A stretch of 63,323 bases of DNA, the filler included. It is 8 parts of 8 records of this genome, joined end to end, with 100 filler letters (N's around TTAATTAATTAA, not from the genome) between each part and the next. Parts side by side here need not be neighbours in the genome. Positions count along the whole stretch, not along the records: positions 36,282 to 41,967 come from SRR31156797_26458; positions 42,068 to 49,270 come from SRR31156797_26485; 6 more parts are not named here. One strand, given 5' to 3'. A model generated the notes under the pieces. It did no database searches. It had not been told where the DNA came from and was given only the letters and a program-made list of their open reading frames with translations. The translations under genes and the position numbers were made by a program. Of the stretch, positions 38,252 to 48,256 are shown one piece after another. Numbering within the stretch: the first letter of the stretch is position 1; each line of letters opens with the position of its first letter.

Positions 38252-39766
38252 TTACATGATCCTCAGTCCGTCCGCCAGGGCACAACGACGCATCCGCGTA
38301 AACGACAGCGGACTCGTACACCCGTCACCGGTCGGACTCGCATTCGTAAACGTCGGGAACCCTTCCCCGCCACCACCAAGACCAGCAGTACACGGACCGT
38401 TCTTCACAAAGATGGTCGCTTCGCATTCGCGCGTCATGCGCGTCAGGTTCCGCACATCGTTCGACCACATGATCGCCGTGTGCTTGAATCCATGTTCGTA
38501 AAAAATCGCCTTATCGATTGCAACATCCACGTTCGGCACTCGGACGACCGGAAGCACAGGCATCATCTGCTCGCACGGCACAAACGGATTCGTCTCATCC
38601 GTCTCACCGAACAGTACCTGCGTATCCTGCGGAACCATCACACCAATCGCCCGGGCAATCACGTGTGCATCCTGTCCGATGAACTCCTTGTTCGCGACCC
38701 AGCGACCATCATCCGCCTGGTGCAAAGCAGCTGCAGCCAGATCATTCATCTGCTGCGTCGTCAATCGATACCCGCCATTGCGTCCCATCGCATCCAGCAG
38801 CGGATCCGCAACAGCATCAACAACAAAGATTTCCTTCTCAGCGATGCACAGCAGATTGTTATCGTACGCCGCCCCCATGATGATCCCGGCAGCAGCCTTC
38901 TCGATCTCCGCCGTCTCATCCACGACAACCGGTGGATTCCCCGGTCCCGCACCAATCGCACGCTTACCCGACGAAAGCGCCGCATGCACGACCGCAGCAC
39001 CCCCCGTCGCGACCAGCATTCGAATATCCGGATGCTTGAAAATCTGGTTCGCCGATTCCAGCGTAGGCTTCTCGATGATGCAGATCAGGTTATCAATCCC
39101 CGTCCGCTCACGAATCTCCCGATTGAACCGCCGCGTTGCCTCAACCGCACTCTTCGTCCCCGACGGATGTGCGTTACAGACAACACTGTTCCCCGCGGCA
39201 ATAATCATGATCGCATTGCACGCCAGCGTCGGCACACTGTGGGTTACCGGCGTCACAATCCCGATCACGCCGAACGGAGCATGAGCCGTCACCGTCAGCC
39301 CGTTATCTCCACTCCACACTTCAGACGTAATCATCTCGACACCGGGAACCGTCGACACCGTCTGGTTCTTTTCAATCTTGTGTTCCAGCTTGCCCAGCTT
39401 CGTTTCCTCGAACTCCATCCGTCCGAGTTCTTCAGCATCCCGAACCAGCACATCGCGAATCGCCTGAACGGCCTTCTCCCGGACCGCCATCCCGCCGTCA
39501 TACAATAACCGCTGTGCCTTCACTGCCGCAGCCGTTGCAACATCAACATCCTGAAAAACACCGTCCACACCAGATCCGGCAGAAACAGCCGAACCGGATG
39601 AAACATACGATCCACTGGCAGGAGATTGTGGCTGGGAAGGACATCCCACGGTATTCGCGGCAGAAGGAGCAGGTGTCGGCGTCGATCCCGAATCCAAACG
39701 GTTCAGCACTTCCGACACGACATCCGCAACGAGCTTTTCGTCAAATTGACCATTTCCGGATTGCAT
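38252..39766 (-). CDS. CoA-acylating aldehyde dehydrogenase (PduP/EutE-like) with N-terminal encapsulation peptide
   Basis: APFGVIG, ATGG, AGPGNPPVVVDE, NLLCIAEKE, EQMMP, PTGDG motifs; amphipathic DEKLVADVVSEVLNRL followed by a P/S/A-rich linker. Confidence 0.95.
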   Translation of the reverse strand: MQSGNGQFDEKLVADVVSEVLNRLDSGSTPTPAPSAANTVGCPSQPQSPASGSYVSSGSAVSAGSGVDGVFQDVDVATAAAVKAQRLLYDGGMAVREKAVQAIRDVLVRDAEELGRMEFEETKLGKLEHKIEKNQTVSTVPGVEMITSEVWSGDNGLTVTAHAPFGVIGIVTPVTHSVPTLACNAIMIIAAGNSVVCNAHPSGTKSAVEATRRFNREIRERTGIDNLICIIEKPTLESANQIFKHPDIRMLVATGGAAVVHAALSSGKRAIGAGPGNPPVVVDETAEIEKAAAGIIMGAAYDNNLLCIAEKEIFVVDAVADPLLDAMGRNGGYRLTTQQMNDLAAAALHQADDGRWVANKEFIGQDAHVIARAIGVMVPQDTQVLFGETDETNPFVPCEQMMPVLPVVRVPNVDVAIDKAIFYEHGFKHTAIMWSNDVRNLTRMTRECEATIFVKNGPCTAGLGGGGEGFPTFTNASPTGDGCTSPLSFTRMRRCALADGLRIM

Positions 39767-39782
39767 GGCACGCTCCGCGTAT

Positions 39783-40061
39783 TCAATTGACCTGGTCGAT
39801 GATCCCGATCACCACGGCATCGACGGGCATGGTCTTGGTCCAGTCCGTCAGCCGGGCAGAACTGCCCTGCGTCACGAGAACCAGTTCACCTTCACCCGCG
39901 CCGAGCGAATCCACGGCAACAAGAACCTTGCCCGTCGGGGCAATATCCTTTTCGCCGGGCTTGGATGCGTTATACGCCTCCACCAGGAGCAGTTTCGACT
40001 CGCCGATCCGTCCGTCCTTCTGACTCGCGACGACGGATCCTTTCACTTTGCCAATAAACAT
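39783..40061 (-). CDS. BMC pentamer shell protein (EutN/CcmL family)
   Basis: MFIGKVKGSVVASQK, DSLGAGEGE, QGSSAR, PVDAVVIGIID. Confidence 0.95.
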   Translation of the reverse strand: MFIGKVKGSVVASQKDGRIGESKLLLVEAYNASKPGEKDIAPTGKVLVAVDSLGAGEGELVLVTQGSSARLTDWTKTMPVDAVVIGIIDQVN

Positions 40062-40144
40062 AAATGCCTCCGGCTGTTAAATGCACAGAAAGTCTGAAGC
40101 AGCAAAGCCGATTCACCGGCCACCCTGCACACAAACCACCGGCA

Positions 40145-40420
40145 TTACGAAAGCGGCATGATCTTTTCGAGTTCGTCATGCGGCCGCGACAGCACTTCAA
40201 CCGATACGACCTTACCCAGTCGTGCACCGGCAGCAGCACCCGCTTCGGTAGCCGCACGAACGGCAGCCACGTCACCGGAGAAGCCAACCATGATCAAACC
40301 CGAACCCGCGGTCTTGATGCCGGCGATCGTCACGTTGGCGGCTTTCAGAGCAACGTCTGCCGCTTCGATCATCGGGATCATGCCTTTCGTTTCGATAAGT
40401 CCTAATGCCTGCTTTGCCAT
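40145..40420 (-). CDS. BMC hexamer shell protein
   Basis: ALGLIETKG, AADVALKAANV, GDVAAVRAA, RPH. Confidence 0.95.
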   Translation of the reverse strand: MAKQALGLIETKGMIPMIEAADVALKAANVTIAGIKTAGSGLIMVGFSGDVAAVRAATEAGAAAGARLGKVVSVEVLSRPHDELEKIMPLS

Positions 40421-40448
40421 TTCTATTCTCCAAACACGATGGTTCTGA

Positions 40449-41609
40449 TTATTTCTTCAGTACGCCGACCGTCTGCCGTGCGACAACAATCTCTTCGTTC
40501 GTCGGAACGACCATGATCTTCGCCCGCGAATACTCGCAGCTGATCGGCTTCTCAATCTTGTCAGTCTCATTCATTGCCACATCCAGCACAGCACCAATGC
40601 AATCGAATCCGCGGCAAACGCGACGACGAATCTCCGCCGACCGCTCCCCGATCCCGCCGGTAAACACCAGCACATCCATACCGCCCATGGCGACGTAGTA
40701 GGAACCGATGTAATGCCGAATACCCTCGACAAAACACTCGATCGCCAGCTCCGCCTTCTCATTTCCAATCGCTGCGGCTTCCAGGAGCTTCGGCATGTCG
40801 TTGCTGACACCGCTGATTCCCAGCAGCCCCCCCTGCTTCGCCATCTCGGAAAGCAGAGTCTTTGCATCTTTGCCCGTCTTGGCCATCAGCGGCAGCAGGG
40901 CATACGGATCAAAGTCCCCCACACGATTGTTGTGCGGAACACCCGACTGCGCCGTCATCGCGAAACTGTTCCCGACGCTCTTTCCTGAATCAATCGCACA
41001 GATCGAACTGCTCCCGCCCAGGTGGCACGAGATAATCTTCAGATCAGTTCGCTTCTCAAGTTCCGCCACACGCCAGGAGATGTACCGATGCGACGCACCA
41101 TGGAACCCGTACCGACGAATTCCATGCTCTTCCGTCCATTCCGACGGAATCGCAAACGTCTGCCGCGAAAGCGGAATCGACTGATGGAATCCCGTCTCGA
41201 ACGCAGCCACCAGCGGCAGATCAGGTTTTTCCACCTGGAACGCCTTCATCGCCGCCACGTAAGGCGGATTGTGTGCCGGTGCGGCCTCAAAGAACGATTC
41301 CATCACGCCAAGAACATGATCATCAACGCGGACAGGGTCGGCGATACTCCCCCCGAGCACCGCCTTAAACCCCACCGCTTCAAAGGAGAAGGTAGTCAGC
41401 GATCCGATACAGGCCTTGACGGCCTCCGCCTGGTCGGCAATCGGGCGAACGGATTCGCTCATCGGCTCATCCCCCTGCTGGAGATACACCCGCGAATCCT
41501 CCTTGCCCACGCCATCAACACCACCCCGAGCCAGTACGGTCTCGGTCGTCATGTCGAACAGGCGAAACTTGAATGATGTACTGCCAATATTGACAACGAG
41601 CACATTCAT
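40449..41609 (-). CDS. ackA: Acetate/propionate family kinase
   Basis: NIGSTSFK, APAHN, GFHGASH, HLGGSSS, FTGGIGE, PTNEE. Confidence 0.92.
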   Translation of the reverse strand: MNVLVVNIGSTSFKFRLFDMTTETVLARGGVDGVGKEDSRVYLQQGDEPMSESVRPIADQAEAVKACIGSLTTFSFEAVGFKAVLGGSIADPVRVDDHVLGVMESFFEAAPAHNPPYVAAMKAFQVEKPDLPLVAAFETGFHQSIPLSRQTFAIPSEWTEEHGIRRYGFHGASHRYISWRVAELEKRTDLKIISCHLGGSSSICAIDSGKSVGNSFAMTAQSGVPHNNRVGDFDPYALLPLMAKTGKDAKTLLSEMAKQGGLLGISGVSNDMPKLLEAAAIGNEKAELAIECFVEGIRHYIGSYYVAMGGMDVLVFTGGIGERSAEIRRRVCRGFDCIGAVLDVAMNETDKIEKPISCEYSRAKIMVVPTNEEIVVARQTVGVLKK

Positions 41610-41664
41610 TGCACCACTCCGGAAAACCGGGCTGCCACAACCGACGCTAGCGTCAGTGACAACT

Positions 41665-41934
41665 CTATCCCATGTATACCTTCAGCAGATCGTCATGCGG
41701 CTGCGGAATCACGTGGGCACTGACCAGTTCGCCGGCCTCGTTGGCCGCTTCGGCACCCGCGTCAACAGCAGCCTTCACGCTTCCGACGTCGCCTTTGACG
41801 ACAGTCGTCACGTACCCACCACCGATCTCGACAGTACCGACCATGGTCACGCCGGCAGCCTTGCACATGGCATCAGACGCCTGCACGATGGGATTGGTCC
41901 CGATGGTTTCTACAAATCCAAGAGCTTCAGCCAT
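41665..41934 (-). CDS. BMC hexamer shell protein
   Basis: ALGFVET, SDAMCKAA, GDVGSVKAAVDAG, HVIPQPH; ATG 41934 with GGAG RBS. Confidence 0.95.
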   Translation of the reverse strand: MAEALGFVETIGTNPIVQASDAMCKAAGVTMVGTVEIGGGYVTTVVKGDVGSVKAAVDAGAEAANEAGELVSAHVIPQPHDDLLKVYMG

Positions 41935-41967
41935 TTGTATCACTCCGTATTGATGATGAAGTGAGAA

Positions 41968-42067
41968 NNNNNNNNNNNNNNNNNNNNNNNNNNNNNNNNN
42001 NNNNNNNNNNNTTAATTAATTAANNNNNNNNNNNNNNNNNNNNNNNNNNNNNNNNNNNNNNNNNNNN
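41968..42067. other. Artificial contig linker
   Basis: N44-TTAATTAATTAA-N44. Confidence 0.99.
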
Positions 42068-42232
42068 ACCTAATCTTGATGAGTGATCTTTTTTGTTAGT
42101 TTTTAAGTGCTCAGTTAAAACTTTAACTTGCTCAGTTAAAATTGCAATTTGAACTTCTGCAGAACCTGTATCTTTTTCATCTCTTCTGTATTTCGCGATA
42201 ATACTTGCTTTTACTTCCTGATCTAAAGCCAT
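42068..42232 (-). CDS. rpsO: 30S ribosomal protein S15, 3'-truncated
   Basis: [13 protein letters not shown]...[23 protein letters not shown]. Confidence 0.97.
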
Positions 42233-42407
42233 AGAAGACCTCCTAATAGGTAAATTTGTCTCACTTCAAATAAGTGGACGCGTATTTTATACTAAGTTAT
42301 ATTAATTTTAGTTTAAGTAAATTTTTATAGTTCTTATCTGAGTTTTGGTATTTAATTTAAATTAAGATAAAATTTAATTATTACTTATTTAATTACAAGT
42401 TGGATAG

Positions 42408-44723
42408 ATGACAAAATTACTTATTATTGAAGATTCAAAAACATATAACAATGCCATTACTGGTTTATTAAGAAGAGTAGATTATGAAATTTTTCAAGCA
42501 TTTTCTTTAAATGAAGCAAAAATTATTATCGACAAAGAAAAAGATATTGACTATATTATTTTAGATTTAATTTTACCTGATGGAGAGGGAGATGAGCTTG
42601 TTATGGATATTACCTCATCATATAACAATCCACCCAAAATAATAATATTAAGTGCTGATGATGATATGCAAAGAAGAAATCACTTATTTGAAAATGGAGT
42701 TGTTGATTTTTTTACAAAAAATACACCTATTAAAATATTAATTTCAGAAATCAATAAACTAATTCATGCTTTAAATAGAAATAAAAACAAAACTATTTTA
42801 GTTATTGATGATTCAAATTTTGTATTAAGGTCAATGCAAAATATTTTAAAAAATAAAAATTATAATATCATAACATTAAAACATTCAGAAAAAACTATAG
42901 AAACACTCGAAAAAAATAATATCGACTTGATATTTCTTGATTTAGAAATGCCAAAAGTTGATGGAATTGAGGTTTTAAGACAAATTAAATTAAATGAAAT
43001 TTTTAAAGATATCCCAGTACTAATGCTTTCAGGGAGTACAAATAAAGAAAGTTATTCTAGAGTATTAAAACAAGGAGCTATAGATTTTATAAAAAAACCT
43101 TTTTTTGTTGAAGAGATTTTGTTAAAAGCTGATTTACATATTTCTCAAGCTTCAAATTTAAGAAAAATATTAGAACAATCAAAAGAGTTACATGAATATA
43201 AAAGAGTTTTAAATGAAAGTGAAATCATAAGTAAAACAGATCCAAATGGTGTCATAAAAGAAGTAAATAATAAGTTTTGTGAGATTAGTGGATATACACA
43301 AGAGTTTTTAATCGGAAAATATCATAGCATAGTTAGACATCCAGACACACCCACTATTGTTTTTAAAGAGATGTGGGAGAAAATACATAATCATCAAACA
43401 TTTAAAGGTATTATAAAAAACAAAAAGAAAGATGGGAAAAGCTATTATGTTGATGCAACAGTTTCACCTATAATAGATATCTATGGAAATATAACAGAAA
43501 TAATTGGCGTAAGACATGATGTTACTGATATTATGAATCCCAAAAAACAACTTATTGCTGACATCTCATATATTGAAAACCCTACTTTAGTTTTTTTACA
43601 AATTGAGAATTATGATATTTTTAAAGAGTTTTATTCTCAAACGACAATGCATACTTTTGAATTTGAACTTGAACAAGTAATATTAAACTATTTTCCAAAA
43701 AGCTTATCTTTTGAAAAAGTTTATAACCTTGGTAATGGATTATTTGGATTTTTAAAAAACAAAAAACTTGATGAAGACTTAATTTCAACATCATTACAAA
43801 AAGTTATCAATCAATTTAAATTAAAAGGTATATCTTTTAAAGAAAACAATTATGATATTGAAGTTTGTTTGAGCTTTGCAAATGAAGGAAGACATATATT
43901 AGATGATGTTTATGTTGGAATAGAAATGGCTATAAAAAATAGAATATCTATAGTATATGCTAAAAATTTTTATAGAAGAGCACAAATTGAAGCAAGAAAT
44001 AAACTAAGAAATATAAATTTAATAAAAAATGCATTAGATAAAAAAGGTGAATTTATTTCATTTTTCCAACCAATACTTGACATAAAAACAAATAAAATTT
44101 TAAAGTATGAATCCCTAATAAGATTAATTGACGAAGATGGAAACATTTTATCTCCATATGCTTTTTTAGATGTTGCTAAAAAAACTGGCTACTATACAAA
44201 TATCACTAACATTGTAATCGATAATGCTTTTGCTGCTTTAGAAAATATTGATGAACATATATGTATTAATCTATCCTCATCAGATTTTGAAAATCCTGAA
44301 ATTAGAGAAAAGCTTTTAAAGCTAATAAGTAAAGAAGAAAATAAAGGAAAACTTACTTTTGAAGTTTTAGAGGATGAAGATATTAAAGATTTTAACTTAA
44401 TTAAAGACTTTATAACAGAATGTAAACTTAAAGGTGATGTTACAATTGCAATTGATGATTTTGGTAGTGGATACTCTAATTATGAAAGATTACTAGATTT
44501 TCAACCTGATATTTTAAAAATTGATGGAAGTTTAGTTAAAAATGTTTTAACAGATGAATACTCATTACACATAATAGAATCTATAATACACTTTGCAAAA
44601 AAACAACATATTAAGACCGTAGCAGAATTTATCTCAAATGAAGAGATTTTTGATAAAATTAAGAGTTTAGATATAGACTATGCACAAGGATATTATATAG
44701 GTGAACCAAGAAAATTATTCTAA
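42408..44723 (+). CDS. REC-REC-PAS-(degenerate GGDEF)-EAL signalling protein, putative c-di-GMP phosphodiesterase
   Basis: Two receiver domains (LDLILPDG; LDLEMPKVDG), PAS (RHPD), and EAL domain (ESLIRL, INLS, DDFGSGYS, KIDGS, QGYY). Confidence 0.9.
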   Translation: MTKLLIIEDSKTYNNAITGLLRRVDYEIFQAFSLNEAKIIIDKEKDIDYIILDLILPDGEGDELVMDITSSYNNPPKIIILSADDDMQRRNHLFENGVVDFFTKNTPIKILISEINKLIHALNRNKNKTILVIDDSNFVLRSMQNILKNKNYNIITLKHSEKTIETLEKNNIDLIFLDLEMPKVDGIEVLRQIKLNEIFKDIPVLMLSGSTNKESYSRVLKQGAIDFIKKPFFVEEILLKADLHISQASNLRKILEQSKELHEYKRVLNESEIISKTDPNGVIKEVNNKFCEISGYTQEFLIGKYHSIVRHPDTPTIVFKEMWEKIHNHQTFKGIIKNKKKDGKSYYVDATVSPIIDIYGNITEIIGVRHDVTDIMNPKKQLIADISYIENPTLVFLQIENYDIFKEFYSQTTMHTFEFELEQVILNYFPKSLSFEKVYNLGNGLFGFLKNKKLDEDLISTSLQKVINQFKLKGISFKENNYDIEVCLSFANEGRHILDDVYVGIEMAIKNRISIVYAKNFYRRAQIEARNKLRNINLIKNALDKKGEFISFFQPILDIKTNKILKYESLIRLIDEDGNILSPYAFLDVAKKTGYYTNITNIVIDNAFAALENIDEHICINLSSSDFENPEIREKLLKLISKEENKGKLTFEVLEDEDIKDFNLIKDFITECKLKGDVTIAIDDFGSGYSNYERLLDFQPDILKIDGSLVKNVLTDEYSLHIIESIIHFAKKQHIKTVAEFISNEEIFDKIKSLDIDYAQGYYIGEPRKLF

Positions 44724-45510
44724 AATAATAGATTTTGAAAATATATATGTAAGTTATGATGTAACTCCTGTATTAGAAAATATAAATTTACAAATAAAAC
44801 AAGGTGAACATTGGGCAATTTTAGGTGTTAATGGTAGTGGAAAATCTACTTTAATAAAACTAATTTCAAATGATTTATACCCAAATACCAAATACAAATT
44901 CAAAAAAGAGATTTTTGGACAAGCAAGGTGGAGTATTTTCGACTTGAAAAAAAACCTTGGAATTGTAACAAATGATTTACATAACTATTTTGCAGCTCAT
45001 GGTGGTTTCTTAACTGCTAAAGAGGTAGTCATAAGTGGATACTATAGTTCTATTGGAGTTTTTAAACACCAAGATTTTAGTGAAGAACAACACAAACGAG
45101 CCCTAGAAGTTTTAGACTTTCTTGAAATACTTCACATAAAAGATAAAAAAGTTCATGAGATGAGTACTGGGCAACTAAGAAGGTGTGTTATTGGAAGAGC
45201 GCTAATTCATAAACCAAAAGCTTTTATTTTAGATGAGCCAACAGTTGGACTAGATATAAAAGCACAAAATAGTTTTATAAATATTATTAGAAAACTTTCA
45301 AAACAAGCTTCAATTATTATAGTTACACACCATTTTGAAGAGGTTTTTCCAGAAGTAAATAAAGTAGCACTTGTATACAACAAAACTATTTATAAGCAAG
45401 GTAATAAAGAGGATATTTTAAATTCAAAAACAATCTCTGAAGTTTTTGAAACAGATATTGAACTTGGATGTGAAAACCAAAGGTACTATGTAAAATCTAT
45501 AAATGAGTAA
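44701..45510 (+). CDS. ABC transporter ATP-binding protein (ModF-like)
   Basis: GVNGSGKST, MSTGQ, LDEPTVGLD, THH. Confidence 0.88.
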   Translation: MNQENYSKIIDFENIYVSYDVTPVLENINLQIKQGEHWAILGVNGSGKSTLIKLISNDLYPNTKYKFKKEIFGQARWSIFDLKKNLGIVTNDLHNYFAAHGGFLTAKEVVISGYYSSIGVFKHQDFSEEQHKRALEVLDFLEILHIKDKKVHEMSTGQLRRCVIGRALIHKPKAFILDEPTVGLDIKAQNSFINIIRKLSKQASIIIVTHHFEEVFPEVNKVALVYNKTIYKQGNKEDILNSKTISEVFETDIELGCENQRYYVKSINE

Positions 45511-45577
45511 TTTTCACTTTTGAGAGTTAATATTAAAAATGATAAACTTTTAACTGCTTATACACAAGGGGTTTTTA

Positions 45578-46393
45578 GTGAGTGAAAAATTTGTTTTAGA
45601 AAAAGGTTTTGTTTATAAACTTTTTATGTTTGTTGCTTTTGCAATACTTGCACTAGTAATGTATCAAGGTCACTTAACAGGTGAATTAATCTATTCAATT
45701 TTATTTTTTTCTGGTGTGGCTCTTTGCTCTTTTCAGGTTGCAAGTACACTATATGTACTACTAATAAAAAGAGAAGTTGAGATACAAATTACTGATGAAA
45801 AATTTATTTGGAAAGTTTTTGATAATAAAAAACAAACAAAAGAACTAGAAATAAACTTATCTGATATAAAAGAGGTTAAAACTGAAGTTAATTATCTTAC
45901 TGGAAATATCTATTCAAGATTTACTATTACTTTTATTTTAAATGATGAAAAAACTATTGAGTTAACAGATGGAATGATTTATGACTTTGGTTTGAAAAAA
46001 GCTGAAGAGGTATCAAGATTTCTTCTTAAAAATAATTTGGGTGATGAACAAGATATCAAATTTGCAAAATTTATTGAGAGCATGAATATTGATTTAACAA
46101 AAGAGCAAAAGTTTTCAAAAAAAGAAAATGACTTCTTTTACTTTGGTGTTATATCAAAAAGAAAAAAAGAGTTTTTATCACTTAGACTTCAAATAGAAGC
46201 TTTATATAAAGACTTTAAAGTTGTAGAATTAAATGCAAACAATGCATACAAAGTAAAAGATATAAATGATGAGAAAAAATATATCTATTTAAGATCAAAT
46301 GCTTTTGGATATTTTGTAGAGTTTTATAAAGTAAAAAAAGCCGAAGAGCTTAAAATACTAAAAGAGATGGGCAGAGAGAAAATAGGATTTTAA
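45578..46393 (+). CDS. Hypothetical membrane protein
   Basis: Two N-terminal TM helices and a soluble domain; long ORF in AT-rich DNA. Confidence 0.7.
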   Translation: MSEKFVLEKGFVYKLFMFVAFAILALVMYQGHLTGELIYSILFFSGVALCSFQVASTLYVLLIKREVEIQITDEKFIWKVFDNKKQTKELEINLSDIKEVKTEVNYLTGNIYSRFTITFILNDEKTIELTDGMIYDFGLKKAEEVSRFLLKNNLGDEQDIKFAKFIESMNIDLTKEQKFSKKENDFFYFGVISKRKKEFLSLRLQIEALYKDFKVVELNANNAYKVKDINDEKKYIYLRSNAFGYFVEFYKVKKAEELKILKEMGREKIGF

Positions 46394-46394
46394 A

Positions 46395-47357
46395 TCATCC
46401 TCCCGTCTCGTAAAATGCCCTTGCTGAAGTTTCTGGGTCATCTGACCACTTATTTTTTTCTGGTTTATTCTCTAATACATTTTTTAATATTGCTACTGCT
46501 TTTTTGATATCTTTATTTTTTATTGCTTCTTTAATGCTTTGAGCATCTTCAAAATATAAACAGGGAATCAAAACTCCACTTGCAGTAAGTCTTATTCTAT
46601 TACAGCTTGCACAGAAATCATCTTTGTGAGGTTCAATAATTCCAAATACATATCCATCTTCCATTTGGTAGTTTTGTGAAGGAGAACTTCCTTCTCTTTC
46701 TATTTTTGTAAAATTGTATTTTTTTGAGATTATCTCTTGAATCTCATCTGAGGTATAACCTTTTGCTCCACTATGAGCATGTTGATTTTCCATAAACTCG
46801 ATAAATCTGATTGTGTAACCTCTTTGTTTACAGTAATCAATTAAATCACAAAGTTCATCATCATTTACATCTTTCATTGGAACACAGTTTATTTTTATTT
46901 TTAGTCCAGCTTCATCTGCTGCTTTAATACCTTCAAGTACTGTTTTTAATACATCTTTTTGTGCTATTTGTTTTGCAACATCAGGTTTCAAACTATCTAA
47001 AGATACATTTATTCTTTTTAGTCCAGCATCAGCTAAATTTTGTGCTACTCTTGGAAGTAAATAACCATTTGTAGTTAGAGCTAAATCTATCCCTTCTTTA
47101 TAATCTGAAATCATCTTAATAAAATTATCAAGTCCTTCTCTTAAAAGGGGTTCACCACCTGTGATTCTAACCTTATTTATACCCTCGTCAATTGCAACTT
47201 TTACAAATTCAAAAAGTTCTTCATAGGTTAATAAATCCTCTCTTGGCACCCAAGAAAAGGGCTTTTCTGGCATACAGTACTGACATCTGAAGTTACATCT
47301 TTCTGTAACTGATACCCTAAGATAGTCAACTTTTCTACCAAACCCATCTATTAACAT
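46395..47357 (-). CDS. moaA: GTP 3',8-cyclase MoaA
   Basis: CNFRCQYC radical SAM motif, FCASCNRIR...PCL, C-terminal GG. Confidence 0.96.
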   Translation of the reverse strand: MLIDGFGRKVDYLRVSVTERCNFRCQYCMPEKPFSWVPREDLLTYEELFEFVKVAIDEGINKVRITGGEPLLREGLDNFIKMISDYKEGIDLALTTNGYLLPRVAQNLADAGLKRINVSLDSLKPDVAKQIAQKDVLKTVLEGIKAADEAGLKIKINCVPMKDVNDDELCDLIDYCKQRGYTIRFIEFMENQHAHSGAKGYTSDEIQEIISKKYNFTKIEREGSSPSQNYQMEDGYVFGIIEPHKDDFCASCNRIRLTASGVLIPCLYFEDAQSIKEAIKNKDIKKAVAILKNVLENKPEKNKWSDDPETSARAFYETGG

Positions 47358-47521
47358 TCAATCCACCTATTTTAAAATTTCGTTAGCTTATTATAACTAA
47401 GCTTAAAACTCTAAAAATGTAACATAATAAGTTAAAAATAATATTTTTAAAAAAATGTATACAATCATTTAAAATCTATTCTAATTATATTTGGATATAC
47501 TTCCATAAAAAAAGAGAATTA

Positions 47522-48256
47522 ATGGAAAGTAAAGTCTACCTTACTGGCGCAGGGCCAGGAGATATTGAACTTCTAACAGTAAAAGCATTAAAAGCTATAC
47601 AAAATGCTGATGTAATAATATATGACCGATTAGCAAACCCTGAGTTATTAAAAGAAGCAAAAGAGAATACTGAACTAATTTTTGTAGGAAAAGAAAAAGG
47701 CCTACACAAAGTTCCTCAAGATGAAATAAATGAAATAATCTATCAATGTGCATTAAAATATAAAAATGTAGTAAGACTTAAAGGTGGAGATCCTTTTGTA
47801 TTTGGTAGAGGTGGAGAAGAGGCTTTATATTTAAAAGAAAGAGGCGTAAAGTTTGAAATAATACCTGGAGTAACTTCAGCTATTTCAGTTCCAGCTTATG
47901 CAGGTATCCCTGTAACAAACAGAGGAATCACTCCATCTTTTAGAGTTGTAACAGGACATAGAAAAAGTAGTGATAATATTGCAGATATAAATTGGAAATC
48001 TTTTATAGAAGATGAAACAATTGTTTTTCTAATGGGTTTACACAATATTAACCTAATAGTTACAAAACTTTTAGAAGTAGGAAAACCAAAAACTTATCCA
48101 TGTGCAATCATCTCAAATGGAACTACTAAAAAACAAAAGGTTATAACGGGAACTCTTGAAGATATAGTAGAAAAATCTAAAGATGCTGTTTCACCATCTA
48201 TTATAATTATTGGAGAAGTAGTTAAGCTAAGAGAAGATTTAAAATGGTTTGATTAA
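47522..48256 (+). CDS. cobA: Uroporphyrinogen-III C-methyltransferase
   Basis: GAGPGD, RLKGGDPFVFGRGGEE, PGVTS, VTGH. Confidence 0.95.
   Translation: MESKVYLTGAGPGDIELLTVKALKAIQNADVIIYDRLANPELLKEAKENTELIFVGKEKGLHKVPQDEINEIIYQCALKYKNVVRLKGGDPFVFGRGGEEALYLKERGVKFEIIPGVTSAISVPAYAGIPVTNRGITPSFRVVTGHRKSSDNIADINWKSFIEDETIVFLMGLHNINLIVTKLLEVGKPKTYPCAIISNGTTKKQKVITGTLEDIVEKSKDAVSPSIIIIGEVVKLREDLKWFD

Noticed and set aside
37985-39508. 507-aa plus-strand ORF
   Set aside because: Antisense shadow of the aldehyde dehydrogenase and pentamer genes; R/H/P-rich with no motifs, typical of biased codon usage.
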